This document shows positions 45,355 through 55,180 of a stretch of 64,000 bases of DNA, in pieces; position 1 is the first letter of the stretch; each line of letters begins with the position of its first letter. Both the position numbers and the translations under genes were made by a program. This stretch comes from an uncultured Planctomycetaceae bacterium. Its GTDB lineage: Bacteria > Planctomycetota > Planctomycetia > Planctomycetales > Planctomycetaceae. The DNA lies in the NCBI GenBank assembly GCA_963815195.1, contig CAWFGE010000010.1:32001-96000 (forward strand), read 5' to 3'. The notes below the pieces were generated by a model. That model saw only the letters and a program-made list of their open reading frames with translations. It was not told where the DNA came from and searched no databases.

Positions 45355-45945
45355 ATGGAAAACCTCACCGAGAACCGAACGGGCGATGCGGTTCGCTGGG
45401 ACCACCAATGGGACCAGCGGTGCGTTTGCCGGTACCAGGAGGGGGATCTTTCGGCCTTTGAGGACATCGTGGCGGCCCACGAAGAGCACCTGCGTCGTCT
45501 GGTGTACCGTCTGCTTGGATGGTCTGCGGATGTTGATGACGTGGTGCAGGAAGTTTTTCTCGCTGTGCTCACAAATCTCCACCGATTTCGCAGAGAAGCA
45601 CATTTTTCCACCTGGTTGACGCGGATCGCCGTCAATCAGTGCCGGGCTTTTCACCGGCGACGGCTGTTGTGGTTCAGGAAACGTCGTCGTCTCGTCCAGC
45701 CGCAGGAAACAACAAAGCAGAATCCCCAAGTGGCCGATGACTACGATTTTGTGCGAGACGCCGTTCAGACCTTGCCGCGGAAATATCGCGAGCCCATCAT
45801 TCTCCGCTATTTCGAGCACCTGTCGCCATCGGAGATCGCGGATGTGTTGGGAGTTTCCGTGGGAGCGGTTGAAGTCCGGCTCACGCGGGCGAGGCAGCGA
45901 TTGAAGACCCGACTGGCGGAAGAATGCAAAGCGAGGAATCTATGA
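45355..45945 (+). CDS. ECF sigma-70 family RNA polymerase sigma factor
   Basis: DDVVQEVF, FSTWLTRIAVN, LPRKYREPIILRYFE, EIADVLG, VEVRLTRAR. Confidence 0.92.
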   Translation: MENLTENRTGDAVRWDHQWDQRCVCRYQEGDLSAFEDIVAAHEEHLRRLVYRLLGWSADVDDVVQEVFLAVLTNLHRFRREAHFSTWLTRIAVNQCRAFHRRRLLWFRKRRRLVQPQETTKQNPQVADDYDFVRDAVQTLPRKYREPIILRYFEHLSPSEIADVLGVSVGAVEVRLTRARQRLKTRLAEECKARNL

Positions 45946-46502
45946 ATCACGAGCAATTGGAATCCCTGCTGCGCTCCGCGGCGGAAACCGACCCGGCACC
46001 GTTGGCGTCCTCCGGAAATCTGATTGAGAACGTGCGGAAAACTTACCAACGACAGCGGGTGCGGAAACAGCGCATCCGATTTGCCTTGGTGATGGCGAGT
46101 TGCTATTTCGCCGGGATCCTGACCGTGTGGGGCCTCATGTCCGCGGGGCAGGTTCCGGGCAAACCGGCCCATCAACAGGGACCGCAAAGTCCTGTGGTTC
46201 ACGTTCCCCAAACCGCTCCCGGCCACCAGGAAAACCGCCGGCCTGAAATCGCGCGGCCCAAGCCACTCCCGCCACAACCGGTTGTGCGGACGAGTCCTTA
46301 CGAAGATTTCCGGCAGTTGGGCGCGGAAAGTCTCAAACGAAACGACATTCAAATGGCGGTGGCCCACTACAACAAAGCCCTCGCCGCTGCCACGGACGCC
46401 GAGCTGAAAATCGCTTACGGGCAAGACGATTGGCTGCTCATTTCATTGAAAAAAGACCGCCTGGTTTCGCAAGTCACTCAAACGCAAGGAGAATCGATAT
46501 GA
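45942..46502 (+). CDS. Putative single-pass anti-sigma factor
   Basis: ATGA overlap with the sigma gene; one TM helix, Pro-rich linker, TPR-like helix pair. Confidence 0.65.
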   Translation: MNHEQLESLLRSAAETDPAPLASSGNLIENVRKTYQRQRVRKQRIRFALVMASCYFAGILTVWGLMSAGQVPGKPAHQQGPQSPVVHVPQTAPGHQENRRPEIARPKPLPPQPVVRTSPYEDFRQLGAESLKRNDIQMAVAHYNKALAAATDAELKIAYGQDDWLLISLKKDRLVSQVTQTQGESI

Positions 46503-47365
46503 GACATTCCGATTTTTTCTTAACTCGCTGGCTCGCCGGCATCGTTATTGCGACTTTTGCGGGAGGAATTCCCCAAGCGGCGGTCGCGCAGAAGAAGGCG
46601 GATTCTCCCGAGAAAACAAATAGGGAAGTGGCTCAGGAAAGTGAAAGCCCAAGTCCCGAACACTCCAAGCAACTGAGCTTACAGCAGATGCTTTCCATAG
46701 CCCTCAAGCATAACCCGGATGTCCGCGCCGCCGAGGCGAAACTCCAATCGGTCGAAGCCGAACTCGATCAAACCCGGTTGCAGGTGGTGCAACAGATCAT
46801 CGCATTTCGGGAGAAGTGGCAAAAACAACAATCGGCCGTCCACGCCGCGGAACAGGAACTTGACATTTTAAAGGCGCGACAGGTAGCACAAGGGATTAAG
46901 GCGCGATCATTTGAGCCGTTGGTTCAAGCGGCCATCACCCAACTTGCTCTTCAGCGGAAGAGGCTTGCGGAAATCGAAGCCGAATTGCCGTTTTTACTGG
47001 GAAAAACCCCGGAGCAAACCAAGACCGCAAAACCCGATCGCCGCAAACTGATTGGCGACAAGCTGCTCCCCACGGCGGAGCAGCTTATGCAGCTTCTCAT
47101 GCAGAGCTATCGAAGCGGCGGCAAATCCGACGCCGGGGATTTAATCGATGTGCACCGCCAAATCCTCGAGTTCGAGCTTCAACTGGCCGCCACCCGTGAG
47201 GCAAAAGAGAAAGTTTTCCAGTCCCAAAGGAAGCTTTTGCAGAGCATCCACGAAATCGCCGAGGCGAGATACCGGGCGGCGCAAGCCACTCAGGCCGACG
47301 TCTTAACCGTGGACCTGGAACTCTCGAAACTGGAACTCCAGCGGATGCAGGTGCTGGGCGACTGA
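46499..47365 (+). CDS. Secreted helical protein with TolC/OEP-like motifs
   Basis: Signal peptide; LSLQQMLSIALKHNPDVRAAEA; AEARYRAAQATQADVL; ATGA overlap with previous gene. Confidence 0.65.
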   Translation: MRHSDFFLTRWLAGIVIATFAGGIPQAAVAQKKADSPEKTNREVAQESESPSPEHSKQLSLQQMLSIALKHNPDVRAAEAKLQSVEAELDQTRLQVVQQIIAFREKWQKQQSAVHAAEQELDILKARQVAQGIKARSFEPLVQAAITQLALQRKRLAEIEAELPFLLGKTPEQTKTAKPDRRKLIGDKLLPTAEQLMQLLMQSYRSGGKSDAGDLIDVHRQILEFELQLAATREAKEKVFQSQRKLLQSIHEIAEARYRAAQATQADVLTVDLELSKLELQRMQVLGD

Positions 47366-47666
47366 TGTGTTGATTGTCGCGTTCCGCGCGCCTTCGGGCC
47401 ATCACGAACTTGTCGCCGTCGTGTCCCAACGAGGTAAAGCGTGCGCTGCCCGCTCGGTGCTTTGCGTTTGCAAGTCGGCCGGTTGCTCGTTTTCCGCTTT
47501 TTGCTTGATTCTTCAGGCTTTGCCTGTTCTTATTTTAGGGGCGGAATCTTCTTGAAGGCATGAATGGGGGCGTTCCGCCGGATCCCGGTTTTCAATTGAC
47601 TTCGATTCGCCTCTCTGGGAGACCCCGAACACACCCATCGCACTGACGACAGAAAGGAACGCAATC

Positions 47667-48254
47667 ATGCTGGATCGGCAATCCTACTTCATCCGCGAGC
47701 ATGTGGGCATGCTGAAGCTGTCCGAAACCTACGACATTCTCGATCCCGAAAGCCAAGAACCGATCGGCATCGCCAAAGAAAAGCCCGGCACCCTGATCCA
47801 CCTGCTGCGGCTGGTTCTCGACAAACGCGTTTTGCCGACGAAGGTCTTCATTTACGAAGGCGACGACCCGAATGATGAAAGCAAGGTGCTGTTTTCCATC
47901 CGCAAGAGCTTTCTGTTTTTTAGTACCCGCGTCAACATCTGCAATCCCGACGGGGCGGTCCTCGGTTGGCTGAAAAGCAAGTTCTTCTCCCTGGGCGGGG
48001 CGTTTCGCGTGTTTGACGCCAACGGCGAAGAAGTCGCCCTCGTCAAAGGCGATTGGAAGGGGTGGAACTTCAAGTTTCTGGATCCCCACAAGAACGAGAT
48101 GGGGTCGATCACCAAAAAATGGGCGGGGCTCGGCAAGGAACTCTTCACCTCGGCCGACAATTACATCATCTCCCTAAACGACCAGCCCTCGCCGGGCAAA
48201 GCCGTCCTGCTGTTGGCCGCCGGCCTCGCCGTCGATACAGTTTACAAAGAATAA
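47667..48254 (+). CDS. LURP-one/phospholipid scramblase-related (tubby-like) protein
   Basis: VKGDWKGWNF, ITKKWAGLGKELFTSADNY; AGAAAGGA RBS. Confidence 0.85.
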   Translation: MLDRQSYFIREHVGMLKLSETYDILDPESQEPIGIAKEKPGTLIHLLRLVLDKRVLPTKVFIYEGDDPNDESKVLFSIRKSFLFFSTRVNICNPDGAVLGWLKSKFFSLGGAFRVFDANGEEVALVKGDWKGWNFKFLDPHKNEMGSITKKWAGLGKELFTSADNYIISLNDQPSPGKAVLLLAAGLAVDTVYKE

Positions 48255-48347
48255 GGCCGCAGTGGAAAACAGGCCGGAGGGGCCGCGCTCGGTCACAAAG
48301 CGGCCCTTTCGCATTTGAATGCGCGGGAAAGAAGGAAGGCATTCATC

Positions 48348-49037
48348 ATGGCACGTCGAAGAGACCGCGAAGACATGGACGAACTCCTGGAATTTCACCA
48401 GGAGTTCACGCAGTCGGCCGCATCCAATCCGGGACGGCTGTCGGTGGACTGGGGACGCTATTCCTGGTGCTTCCCGCTGTGGCCGGTGATCTGTTTCGTG
48501 GGGACGCCGGTGGCGCTCGCTTTGGCGATTGCGGTGCATTGGGCGTTTTGGATCCTGGCGGTGATCGTCTTGGTGCTGGACTTTGCCTGGTGGATGCGAA
48601 CGCGGATGCACTTCGTGGGCGGGTGCATCAACCCGGGGAAAGTCGTTTCGGTCGATCCGCCGTTGATCGCCGTTTACACCGACCTCACCAAAGGCGGGCC
48701 CCGGCATCCCGTGGTGAAAATCTTGCCGCATCCGCTCCGCCGCATGGCCCGCGGCCCGTTTCGCGAAGGCCAGCGAATCGCTACGATCGCCACCTACGAG
48801 CCGGGGGATGAAGAGCAGCCGCATTGGAAGGACACCTACCCCATCGCGGTCCAATGCGCGACGAGCAGCCGCCGCGAAATCGAGCGGGTGACCGAGTCGC
48901 TGGACGCGGAGGATTGGCAAACGCTCGACGCCGCGCTCGAAGAGGTTCCGCGGCCCTTCGAGCCGGGGCTTTATCAAATCCGCCCGGACCGCGGAGGGCG
49001 CGGCCGGCGCAAATCTTCAGAATCGCAAATGAGGTAA
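48348..49037 (+). CDS. Membrane protein, possibly DUF3239-like
   Basis: Two TM helices then GCINPGKVVSVDPPLIAVYTDLT. Confidence 0.55.
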   Translation: MARRRDREDMDELLEFHQEFTQSAASNPGRLSVDWGRYSWCFPLWPVICFVGTPVALALAIAVHWAFWILAVIVLVLDFAWWMRTRMHFVGGCINPGKVVSVDPPLIAVYTDLTKGGPRHPVVKILPHPLRRMARGPFREGQRIATIATYEPGDEEQPHWKDTYPIAVQCATSSRREIERVTESLDAEDWQTLDAALEEVPRPFEPGLYQIRPDRGGRGRRKSSESQMR

Positions 49038-49040
49038 GAC

Positions 49041-49754
49041 ATGAGGGCCCAACGCTGGCCGAGGGGTTTGCTGCTTTTCGGATTGTTCTTCGCCTGGGGC
49101 TGCCAGGGCGAGGTGCCCGTGCCGATGGAAGACAAGTCCGGCAAGACCGCGCCGCCGCCCAAGACGACCCAGAGCAAAAACGAGTTTCAGCCGCTCGCGT
49201 TCGAGGATTTCTCCGCATACGTCTCCAAGTCCCAGGCCGAGGGCGATCCGCCAACGTGGTCGGCGATGGGGCCGGACATCATCTCCACCACGGGCAGCCC
49301 GCGGGGTTATTTTTATACGCACAACACCTTCGAGAACTTTACCCTGCGGGGCGAGTTCCGCTATGTGCCCCGCGAAGAAACCCCCGACGCCGACGCGATG
49401 GCCAAATACAACACCGGGTTTCTGATTTACGTTCCCGAGGATGAGCCGAAACTCTGGCCGCGGTCGCTGGAAGTCCAGGGGCGGTACGATCAAATCGGCC
49501 AGGTGAAATCGAACGCCCGCGATGTGAAGATCACGGTCCCTTTGGATGATGACGCCGTCCGCCAGGAAGCCCGCAAACCCGTGGGGGAATGGAACGCCAT
49601 CGAAATCACGTCCAAAGGCGGAGCGGTCACGTGCTATCTCAACGGCAGCAAAATCTCCCACTCGGAACCGGGGGAACTGAAATCCGGGCACATCGGCCTC
49701 CAGGCCGAGGATTACGCGGTCGAATTCAAAAACCTCCGCATCCGCCGCGATTGA
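49041..49754 (+). CDS. DUF1080 (3-keto-disaccharide hydrolase-like) lipoprotein
   Basis: Lipobox AWGC; FENFTLRGEF, NTG, LEVQ, GEWN, GHIGLQAE, FKNLRIR. Confidence 0.88.
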   Translation: MRAQRWPRGLLLFGLFFAWGCQGEVPVPMEDKSGKTAPPPKTTQSKNEFQPLAFEDFSAYVSKSQAEGDPPTWSAMGPDIISTTGSPRGYFYTHNTFENFTLRGEFRYVPREETPDADAMAKYNTGFLIYVPEDEPKLWPRSLEVQGRYDQIGQVKSNARDVKITVPLDDDAVRQEARKPVGEWNAIEITSKGGAVTCYLNGSKISHSEPGELKSGHIGLQAEDYAVEFKNLRIRRD

Positions 49755-49792
49755 GTGGAGAGCGTGCGTTTCACAAGACGAAATAGGCGCTT

Positions 49793-49872
49793 GGGTGGCA
49801 CGCCCTGAGGAACGAAGGGCGTGGTCGTTGCGCATTGCCACGCCCTTTGCTGCGCTCAGGGACGTGCCACCC
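49793..49872. repeat. REP-like inverted repeat, family D (gggtggcacg)
   Basis: gggtggcacgccctgag..aagggcgtgg / ccacgccctt..ctcagggacgtgccaccc; decayed copy at 54400-54462. Confidence 0.8.
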
Positions 49873-49907
49873 GATCCGCCATTCAGAGACGGGAGATGGG
49901 GAGCGAG

Positions 49908-50288
49908 ATGGTCACAAAGATTTTTTTGAGCTTTGTCGGCGGGCTTTATGTCTTATTGGGCCTTTGGTGCGCGGTGTTGCCCGAGCGGGCTTCCAAGACG
50001 GTGGGGTTTGAACTGCGGCCGGGCTCCGGGGAGTCCGAGTTCCTCACCGTGTACGGCGGCCTGGAAGTGGCGATGGGGCTGATCTTTCTCTGGCCTTGGA
50101 TTCGTTCCGGCGAAACGGAATTCGCCCTCCGGGCCTGCTTGATCATTCACGCCTGCCTCGTCCTGTTTCGCAGCATCGGGTTTGTGATGTTCCGCGGCAT
50201 CGACCCCTCGACCTACAAACTCGCCGCGGGCGAATGGATCATCCTGCTCTCGAGCGCCACCCTCTATTGGCGATTGACCAAATCGTGA
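49908..50288 (+). CDS. Small four-TM membrane protein (DUF4345-like)
   Basis: SEFLTVYGGLE motif; hydrophobic helices. Confidence 0.75.
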   Translation: MVTKIFLSFVGGLYVLLGLWCAVLPERASKTVGFELRPGSGESEFLTVYGGLEVAMGLIFLWPWIRSGETEFALRACLIIHACLVLFRSIGFVMFRGIDPSTYKLAAGEWIILLSSATLYWRLTKS

Positions 50289-50383
50289 GAGGATTCCGGC
50301 GATCAAAAGCAGGGGCGAAACAGTCGGCGGTCGCCGCACTGCCTCGCCCCAGTTGTATTTGATACTTTTTGCCGGTCAGACTT

Positions 50384-51766
50384 TCAGACTTTGAACTCAA
50401 AGTCCTTGTTGATGCCGGGCATCGGCACAGGGTATTTGCCATCGTCGTCGGGCATCACCGGGGCGGGGCCGTCGGAGGTGAAGTTGGCGACTTCGGGGGC
50501 GAGTTCCACGGGGCAGTTGAGCATTTGATCGAAGGTGATCTCCTGCCCGGTGTGGGCGGCCATGCGGCCCATGCTGGTGGTGAGGCTGGCCTGCACGCCG
50601 CGGGGCACTTCGTTATAAGGCGTATCGGTGATGATCGCCTCGACCAGGTCCTGCCATTCGAGATCGTACGGATTCTTTTCCGGCTGCGGGAACGCCCAGA
50701 GCACGTCTTTGCGGTTCTGGTTCTGGCCTTTGAAGGTGCGGACCTTGCCGGGCGTGTGGCCGGAGGTGGAAACGATCGCCGAGCCTTTGCTGCCGTGCAC
50801 GATGCTCGACATCTGGTTCATGCAGCCGAGCATGGTCCGGCCGTCGAAGAACAGCTTCGCCCCGTCGGGGTAAGTGTATTCGACGGCGTAGGTGTCGAAG
50901 TTTTGATCGACATAATCGCCGCGGTAATGCCGGCCGCCCAGGGCCTGGGCTTTGACGGGCCAGGCGTTTTTCATCCAGCTCGTCTCGTCGATCTGATGGA
51001 TGTAGAAATCGCTGAACAGCCCGCCGCTGGCCCAGATGAAGCTGTGGAACCGCTCGATCTGCCACAGGAGTTCCGGTTTGTCGGCGGGCTTCGGTTTCGA
51101 GAAGCAGCTTCCGACCGGACCGTGCATGCGGTAAGCCCGCATGGTGATGATGTCGCCGATCTCGCCGTTCTGGATCCGCTCGTGGAGTTCCTGCCGGCCC
51201 CGGCAGTGGCGGACCATCAAACCCACCGCCGATTTGATGCCCTTCTCGTCGGCTTTCTTCGCGAGTTCGAGCATGCGTTTGGACGTCGGGCCGTCCGCCG
51301 TCAGCGGCTTTTCCATAAACACGTTGATGCCCTTTTCGATCGCGTATTGATAATGCACCCAGCGAAAGGCGAGCGGGGTCGCGAGGATCACGATGTCGTT
51401 TTTGTTGAGCACGTCCATGGCTTTTTTGAACGCGTCGAAGCCGACGAACCGGTGCTCTTCGGGCACATCGACTTTGCCGGGCTGATTTTGGAAGTTGTCG
51501 GAGAGCGCCTTATGGTGCCGGTCGATCTGATGCGGAAACACATCGGCCATCGCGACAAGTTTTGTTTTGGCGTTCGTGACGGACAGGGCATTGGCGGCGG
51601 CCCCGGTTCCGCGTCCGCCGCAACCGACGAGCGCAATCTGGATCGTCTCGTTCCCATTGGCGGCATACACCTTGGGAAGCGACAGCGCGGCGAAGGCGGA
51701 AGCGGCTCCGGCGGCTTGAATAAACTGGCGGCGATTGGGGCCGTTCGAACCGGTGTCTTTCTTCAT
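50384..51766 (-). CDS. Gfo/Idh/MocA family oxidoreductase with Tat signal
   Basis: NRRQFI, ALVGCGGRG, VFMEKP, HQID. Confidence 0.92.
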   Translation of the reverse strand: MKKDTGSNGPNRRQFIQAAGAASAFAALSLPKVYAANGNETIQIALVGCGGRGTGAAANALSVTNAKTKLVAMADVFPHQIDRHHKALSDNFQNQPGKVDVPEEHRFVGFDAFKKAMDVLNKNDIVILATPLAFRWVHYQYAIEKGINVFMEKPLTADGPTSKRMLELAKKADEKGIKSAVGLMVRHCRGRQELHERIQNGEIGDIITMRAYRMHGPVGSCFSKPKPADKPELLWQIERFHSFIWASGGLFSDFYIHQIDETSWMKNAWPVKAQALGGRHYRGDYVDQNFDTYAVEYTYPDGAKLFFDGRTMLGCMNQMSSIVHGSKGSAIVSTSGHTPGKVRTFKGQNQNRKDVLWAFPQPEKNPYDLEWQDLVEAIITDTPYNEVPRGVQASLTTSMGRMAAHTGQEITFDQMLNCPVELAPEVANFTSDGPAPVMPDDDGKYPVPMPGINKDFEFKV

Positions 51767-51836
51767 CGTGAGTGTTCCTTTCGTAGGATCGGGTTGGAAA
51801 GTTTTTGGTTTTCGAATTCACGGATTGGGAGTATAT

Positions 51837-52028
51837 AGCCGCGAAGCGGCGGCAGCATATAGCTGCGGGCGTAAGCCCGCAGACCTGATTGCAACAATAC
51901 GTGCAAAGCCGCGAAGCGGCGCTAGCAATGAATGCCTCTCATAATCTTTACGCTCTCGGGAATTGCTGTCGCCGCTCCGCGGCTCACGGATCTTTTTGCT
52001 CTGTTTCTGCTGCCGCCGCTTCGCGGCT
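51837..52028. repeat. REP-like palindrome cluster, family A
   Basis: Two forward and two inverted agccgcgaagcggcg units; inner hairpin ctgcgggcgtaagcccgcag. Confidence 0.85.
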
Positions 52029-52056
52029 AAGACATCGGAATTGGATTTCTTTCTCT

Positions 52057-53133
52057 TTACCGCTTATCCTTCGCGCTGTTCCAGTATAAGTTCATCTCTT
52101 CCACGGAGGGAATCTTCATGGGCCGGACGATGCGAAAGCCGAGCCAGGTGGCGTCGGTGTGATACCAGACGCTCTTGGGCAGTTGCGGGTCTTGGACTTT
52201 CCAATCCGGGTCCGAACCTTTGCGGAAGGCGGAGCGGAGTTGCTCGGGATCATCGTCCCAACCGCCGCCGCGCACCGTGCGGGGATACAGCTTCGCCGGT
52301 TTCAAGAACGGATTGTTCGGCGAGTTTTTGATCTTGGAGAAATAATCCGGATCGAACTGGTCCGCGGTCCATTCCATCACATTGCCGTGCATGTCAAAAA
52401 GGCCCCAGGGGTTGGGTTTTTTCGTGCCGACTTTCTGATACTTCTCGTTGCTGTTTTCGTAATACCAGGCATATTCGCCGAGCTTCGACGGATCGTCGCC
52501 GAAGGAATACGCCGTCGTCGTCCCGGCTCGGCAGGCGTATTCCCACTCGGCTTCCGTAGGCAGGCGGTAGAAATGCCCGGTCTGGGCGCTGAGCCATTGG
52601 CAATATTTATTGGCGGCGTGCTGGGTCATGCTGATCGCCGGGTAGCCCCGCTGCCCCATGCCGAAGCTCATCTCCACATAGGGCGCCGTCGGCTGGCTGA
52701 CTGCATCGACCAGCGAATGCTGCTTGGGATCATAGTTTTTGCGGGCTCCGTCTTTGGTGCGGTCCACCTGGGTAATCATATAGGGTTCGTACTCGTCCCA
52801 AGTCACTTCGTATTTGCCGATCCAGAACGGATCGACTTTGACCTTCACCTGCGGGCCTTCGTTGTCCTGGCGGTGGGGTTCCGACTTGGGGCTGCCCATC
52901 AGAAACTCTCCGCCCGGGATGGCGACCATGTGATAGTCGGCCCCGGTTTTGGGAACTTTGCTGGAGTAGTCCTTCAACTCCGATGCTTTGACATCGCCGG
53001 ATTTCTTGGCGATCTCCGCGTGCAGGTTCTTGATGAGTTCCAGATTATCGGGCGATTCGGCAAAGACGACTTGCGAACAAAGACAGACGGCACACAGGGC
53101 CGCGAGAAGGGAAATTCGTTCCAAACACTGCAT
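52057..53133 (-). CDS. FGE-sulfatase (SUMF1)-fold secreted protein
   Basis: IPGGEFLMGS, YEVT, YRLPTEAEWEYACRAG, PNPWGLFDMHGNV, RGGGW, GFRIV. Confidence 0.9.
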   Translation of the reverse strand: MQCLERISLLAALCAVCLCSQVVFAESPDNLELIKNLHAEIAKKSGDVKASELKDYSSKVPKTGADYHMVAIPGGEFLMGSPKSEPHRQDNEGPQVKVKVDPFWIGKYEVTWDEYEPYMITQVDRTKDGARKNYDPKQHSLVDAVSQPTAPYVEMSFGMGQRGYPAISMTQHAANKYCQWLSAQTGHFYRLPTEAEWEYACRAGTTTAYSFGDDPSKLGEYAWYYENSNEKYQKVGTKKPNPWGLFDMHGNVMEWTADQFDPDYFSKIKNSPNNPFLKPAKLYPRTVRGGGWDDDPEQLRSAFRKGSDPDWKVQDPQLPKSVWYHTDATWLGFRIVRPMKIPSVEEMNLYWNSAKDKR

Positions 53134-53232
53134 TTCGATTCACCATCTTGGGGGTTTCGTCAAAGCCTCCATTCTAACCGCGGAGGCCAGAACATGCGAC
53201 GATCCCCAAAAAACCGCAGCGATGATCCGCCG

Positions 53233-54368
53233 TTACCAGTTGGTGAAACTGCCGTCCGGGCGTTGGAGGCGGGGGGAATTGCCTTCGGGGATCGGCGGAA
53301 AGTTGGGGACTTGCGATTCATCAAATTCGATGCCCAATCCCGACCGCGTCGGCGGCAGGAGATGGCCTTGCTCGAACGGAACCTGCACCGGAAACAATTT
53401 CGAGAGCACCTGCCCCGGCAGACGGGCGCATTCCTGCACGGCGAAGTTGCTGAGGGCCAGATCGAGATGCAGGCACGCCGCCGTCGAAACCGGACCCAAC
53501 GGGTTATGCGGAGCGACGGCGATCGAATGGGTTTCGCACCAGCCGGCGATCTTGAGAGCCTCCGTAATCCCGCCCACGATGCACAAATCCATGCGGGCGA
53601 AGTCGGTCCAGTCGTTTTCGATCACATCCTGAAACGCCCACTTGCTGTGGAACTGTTCCCCCACCGCAATCGGCGTCGCGGTCTGCTCGCGGAGTCTGCC
53701 GAAGAGCCGCGGGGCGTTCGGAGCGAATCGGATCCTCCACGAAAAACGGCTTGAGCGGTTCCAAAGCCCGGCAGAGCGTCAGCGCATCCACGGGATCGAG
53801 GCGGGTGTGCACGTCGATGATGATTTCAATCTCCTCGCCCACGGCTTCGCGGACCGCGGCGACCTGCCGGACGCCTCGCGGATGGCGGTGCGGGGATCGA
53901 ACCGCCCGGCCCCTGTGTCGGAATATCGAAGCGAACGAACCGCCAGCCCTCGGCGACTTTCTGCCGGGCGTCGGCCACGAGATCGGCCGCCCGTTCGCCG
54001 CGAACGTGCGGATAACACACGACGCGCTCGCGCACAAGACCGCCGAGCAATTGATACAGCGGCACGTTCGAGGCTTGGGCTTTGATGTCCCAGAGGGCGA
54101 TGTCGATTGCACTCACCGCGGCCGCCGCCACGCCCACCGCCGGGAAGAACCCGCCCCGCGACATGACCTGCCAAAGGTGCTCCGTGCGGAAGGGATCTTC
54201 GCCCAGAAGCGAAGGTTTGAGGGCCTCGACGTAGCCGGCGGTCGCGTGTTCCTTCCAGGTGATCCCGCCTTCGCCGACGCCGCGGATCCCCGCATCGGTC
54301 TCGACGGTGACGAACAGAAAGTTGCGCGCCTCGGCGACGATGTGCGTTTTGATGTCGGTGATTTTCAT
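53233..54368 (-). CDS. Mandelate racemase/muconate lactonizing family enzyme (sugar-acid dehydratase-like); two frameshifts
   Basis: MKITDIK..VETDAGIRGVGE, SAIDIALWDIK, IDVH, FVEDP, GEQ, APHNP in three consecutive frames. Confidence 0.85.
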
Positions 54369-54462
54369 GGGGACAACCTTTTGGCAATCTCTGCGGCCAG
54401 GGTAGCACGCTGAGGAACAAAAGGCGTAGTCTTGACGACCGCCACGCCCTTCGCTGCACCCC

Positions 54463-55056
54463 CTACGCCGCCGACTCATCAGAAAAATCGACGTGGAGCA
54501 CCCTTGCGAGTGCTTTGCCGAGGTAAGAAGTCTGATTATCTTTTTCGAATCTACTCTTGCGTGACCACGACGAACGAATCAGTTCCGTGGACGTGCCATT
54601 CGAATGCACAATTATTAGTCTGGCCCGGTTGCAATACGAATCTTTAACCAATGCAACAGCTTTAATGTCCATACGCTCAACGATAGCACAATGGAAGTTC
54701 CTATAGAAAATAGCTAAAGCACCGGATGAATGGCTGAAAGTGATAGACCGTAGCCGATGCTCCCGCCAAATATTCATAAGCAGTTTTAACAACATATAGA
54801 CAGCATATGCCCCTGCCAGCACCGCGAGAATTGTAAAAAATAAGTATTGAAACGGTCTATATTCACCAGTTACGGGGAATTTAAAAACGTCTAAAATATA
54901 TATTACCACCGATGCCGAAACCACGATTGAAGCTACTAGGAAAGCCTCGCATACTACTGATGTGATTTTCCATTTGGAAATGAGAGCCCATTGTTCGCCC
55001 GTCTGAATAATCTGCACTGTAGAATGTTGCAGTTCAATTCGGTGTTCTTCCGCCAC
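54463..55056 (-). CDS. AT-rich hypothetical membrane protein (two TM helices)
   Basis: 197-aa ORF; GGAGG before a GTG start; visibly AT-rich against its flanks. Confidence 0.65.
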   Translation of the reverse strand: MAEEHRIELQHSTVQIIQTGEQWALISKWKITSVVCEAFLVASIVVSASVVIYILDVFKFPVTGEYRPFQYLFFTILAVLAGAYAVYMLLKLLMNIWREHRLRSITFSHSSGALAIFYRNFHCAIVERMDIKAVALVKDSYCNRARLIIVHSNGTSTELIRSSWSRKSRFEKDNQTSYLGKALARVLHVDFSDESAA

Positions 55057-55140
55057 TTGACACCTCCATTACATGCTATCTCGGATCGACCGCAAACCAA
55101 GACACGTCCAATAGGAACGATGTCCTGCCGCGTTCGCGGC

Positions 55141-55165
55141 GCGTTTTGATGTCGGTAATGTTCAT
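55141..55165 (-). repeat. Duplicate of the first 25 nt of the dehydratase gene
   Basis: gcgttttgatgtcggtaatgttcat vs gcgttttgatgtcggtgattttcat (54344-54368), 23/25 identical. Confidence 0.8.
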
Positions 55166-55180
55166 AGTGGCGGCTTTGGG

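Noticed and set aside
52057..53133. True formylglycine-generating enzyme maturing the two sulfatases
   Set aside because: Lacks the catalytic cysteine pair after RGG (has RGGGWDDDPEQLRSAFR); only the fold is shared
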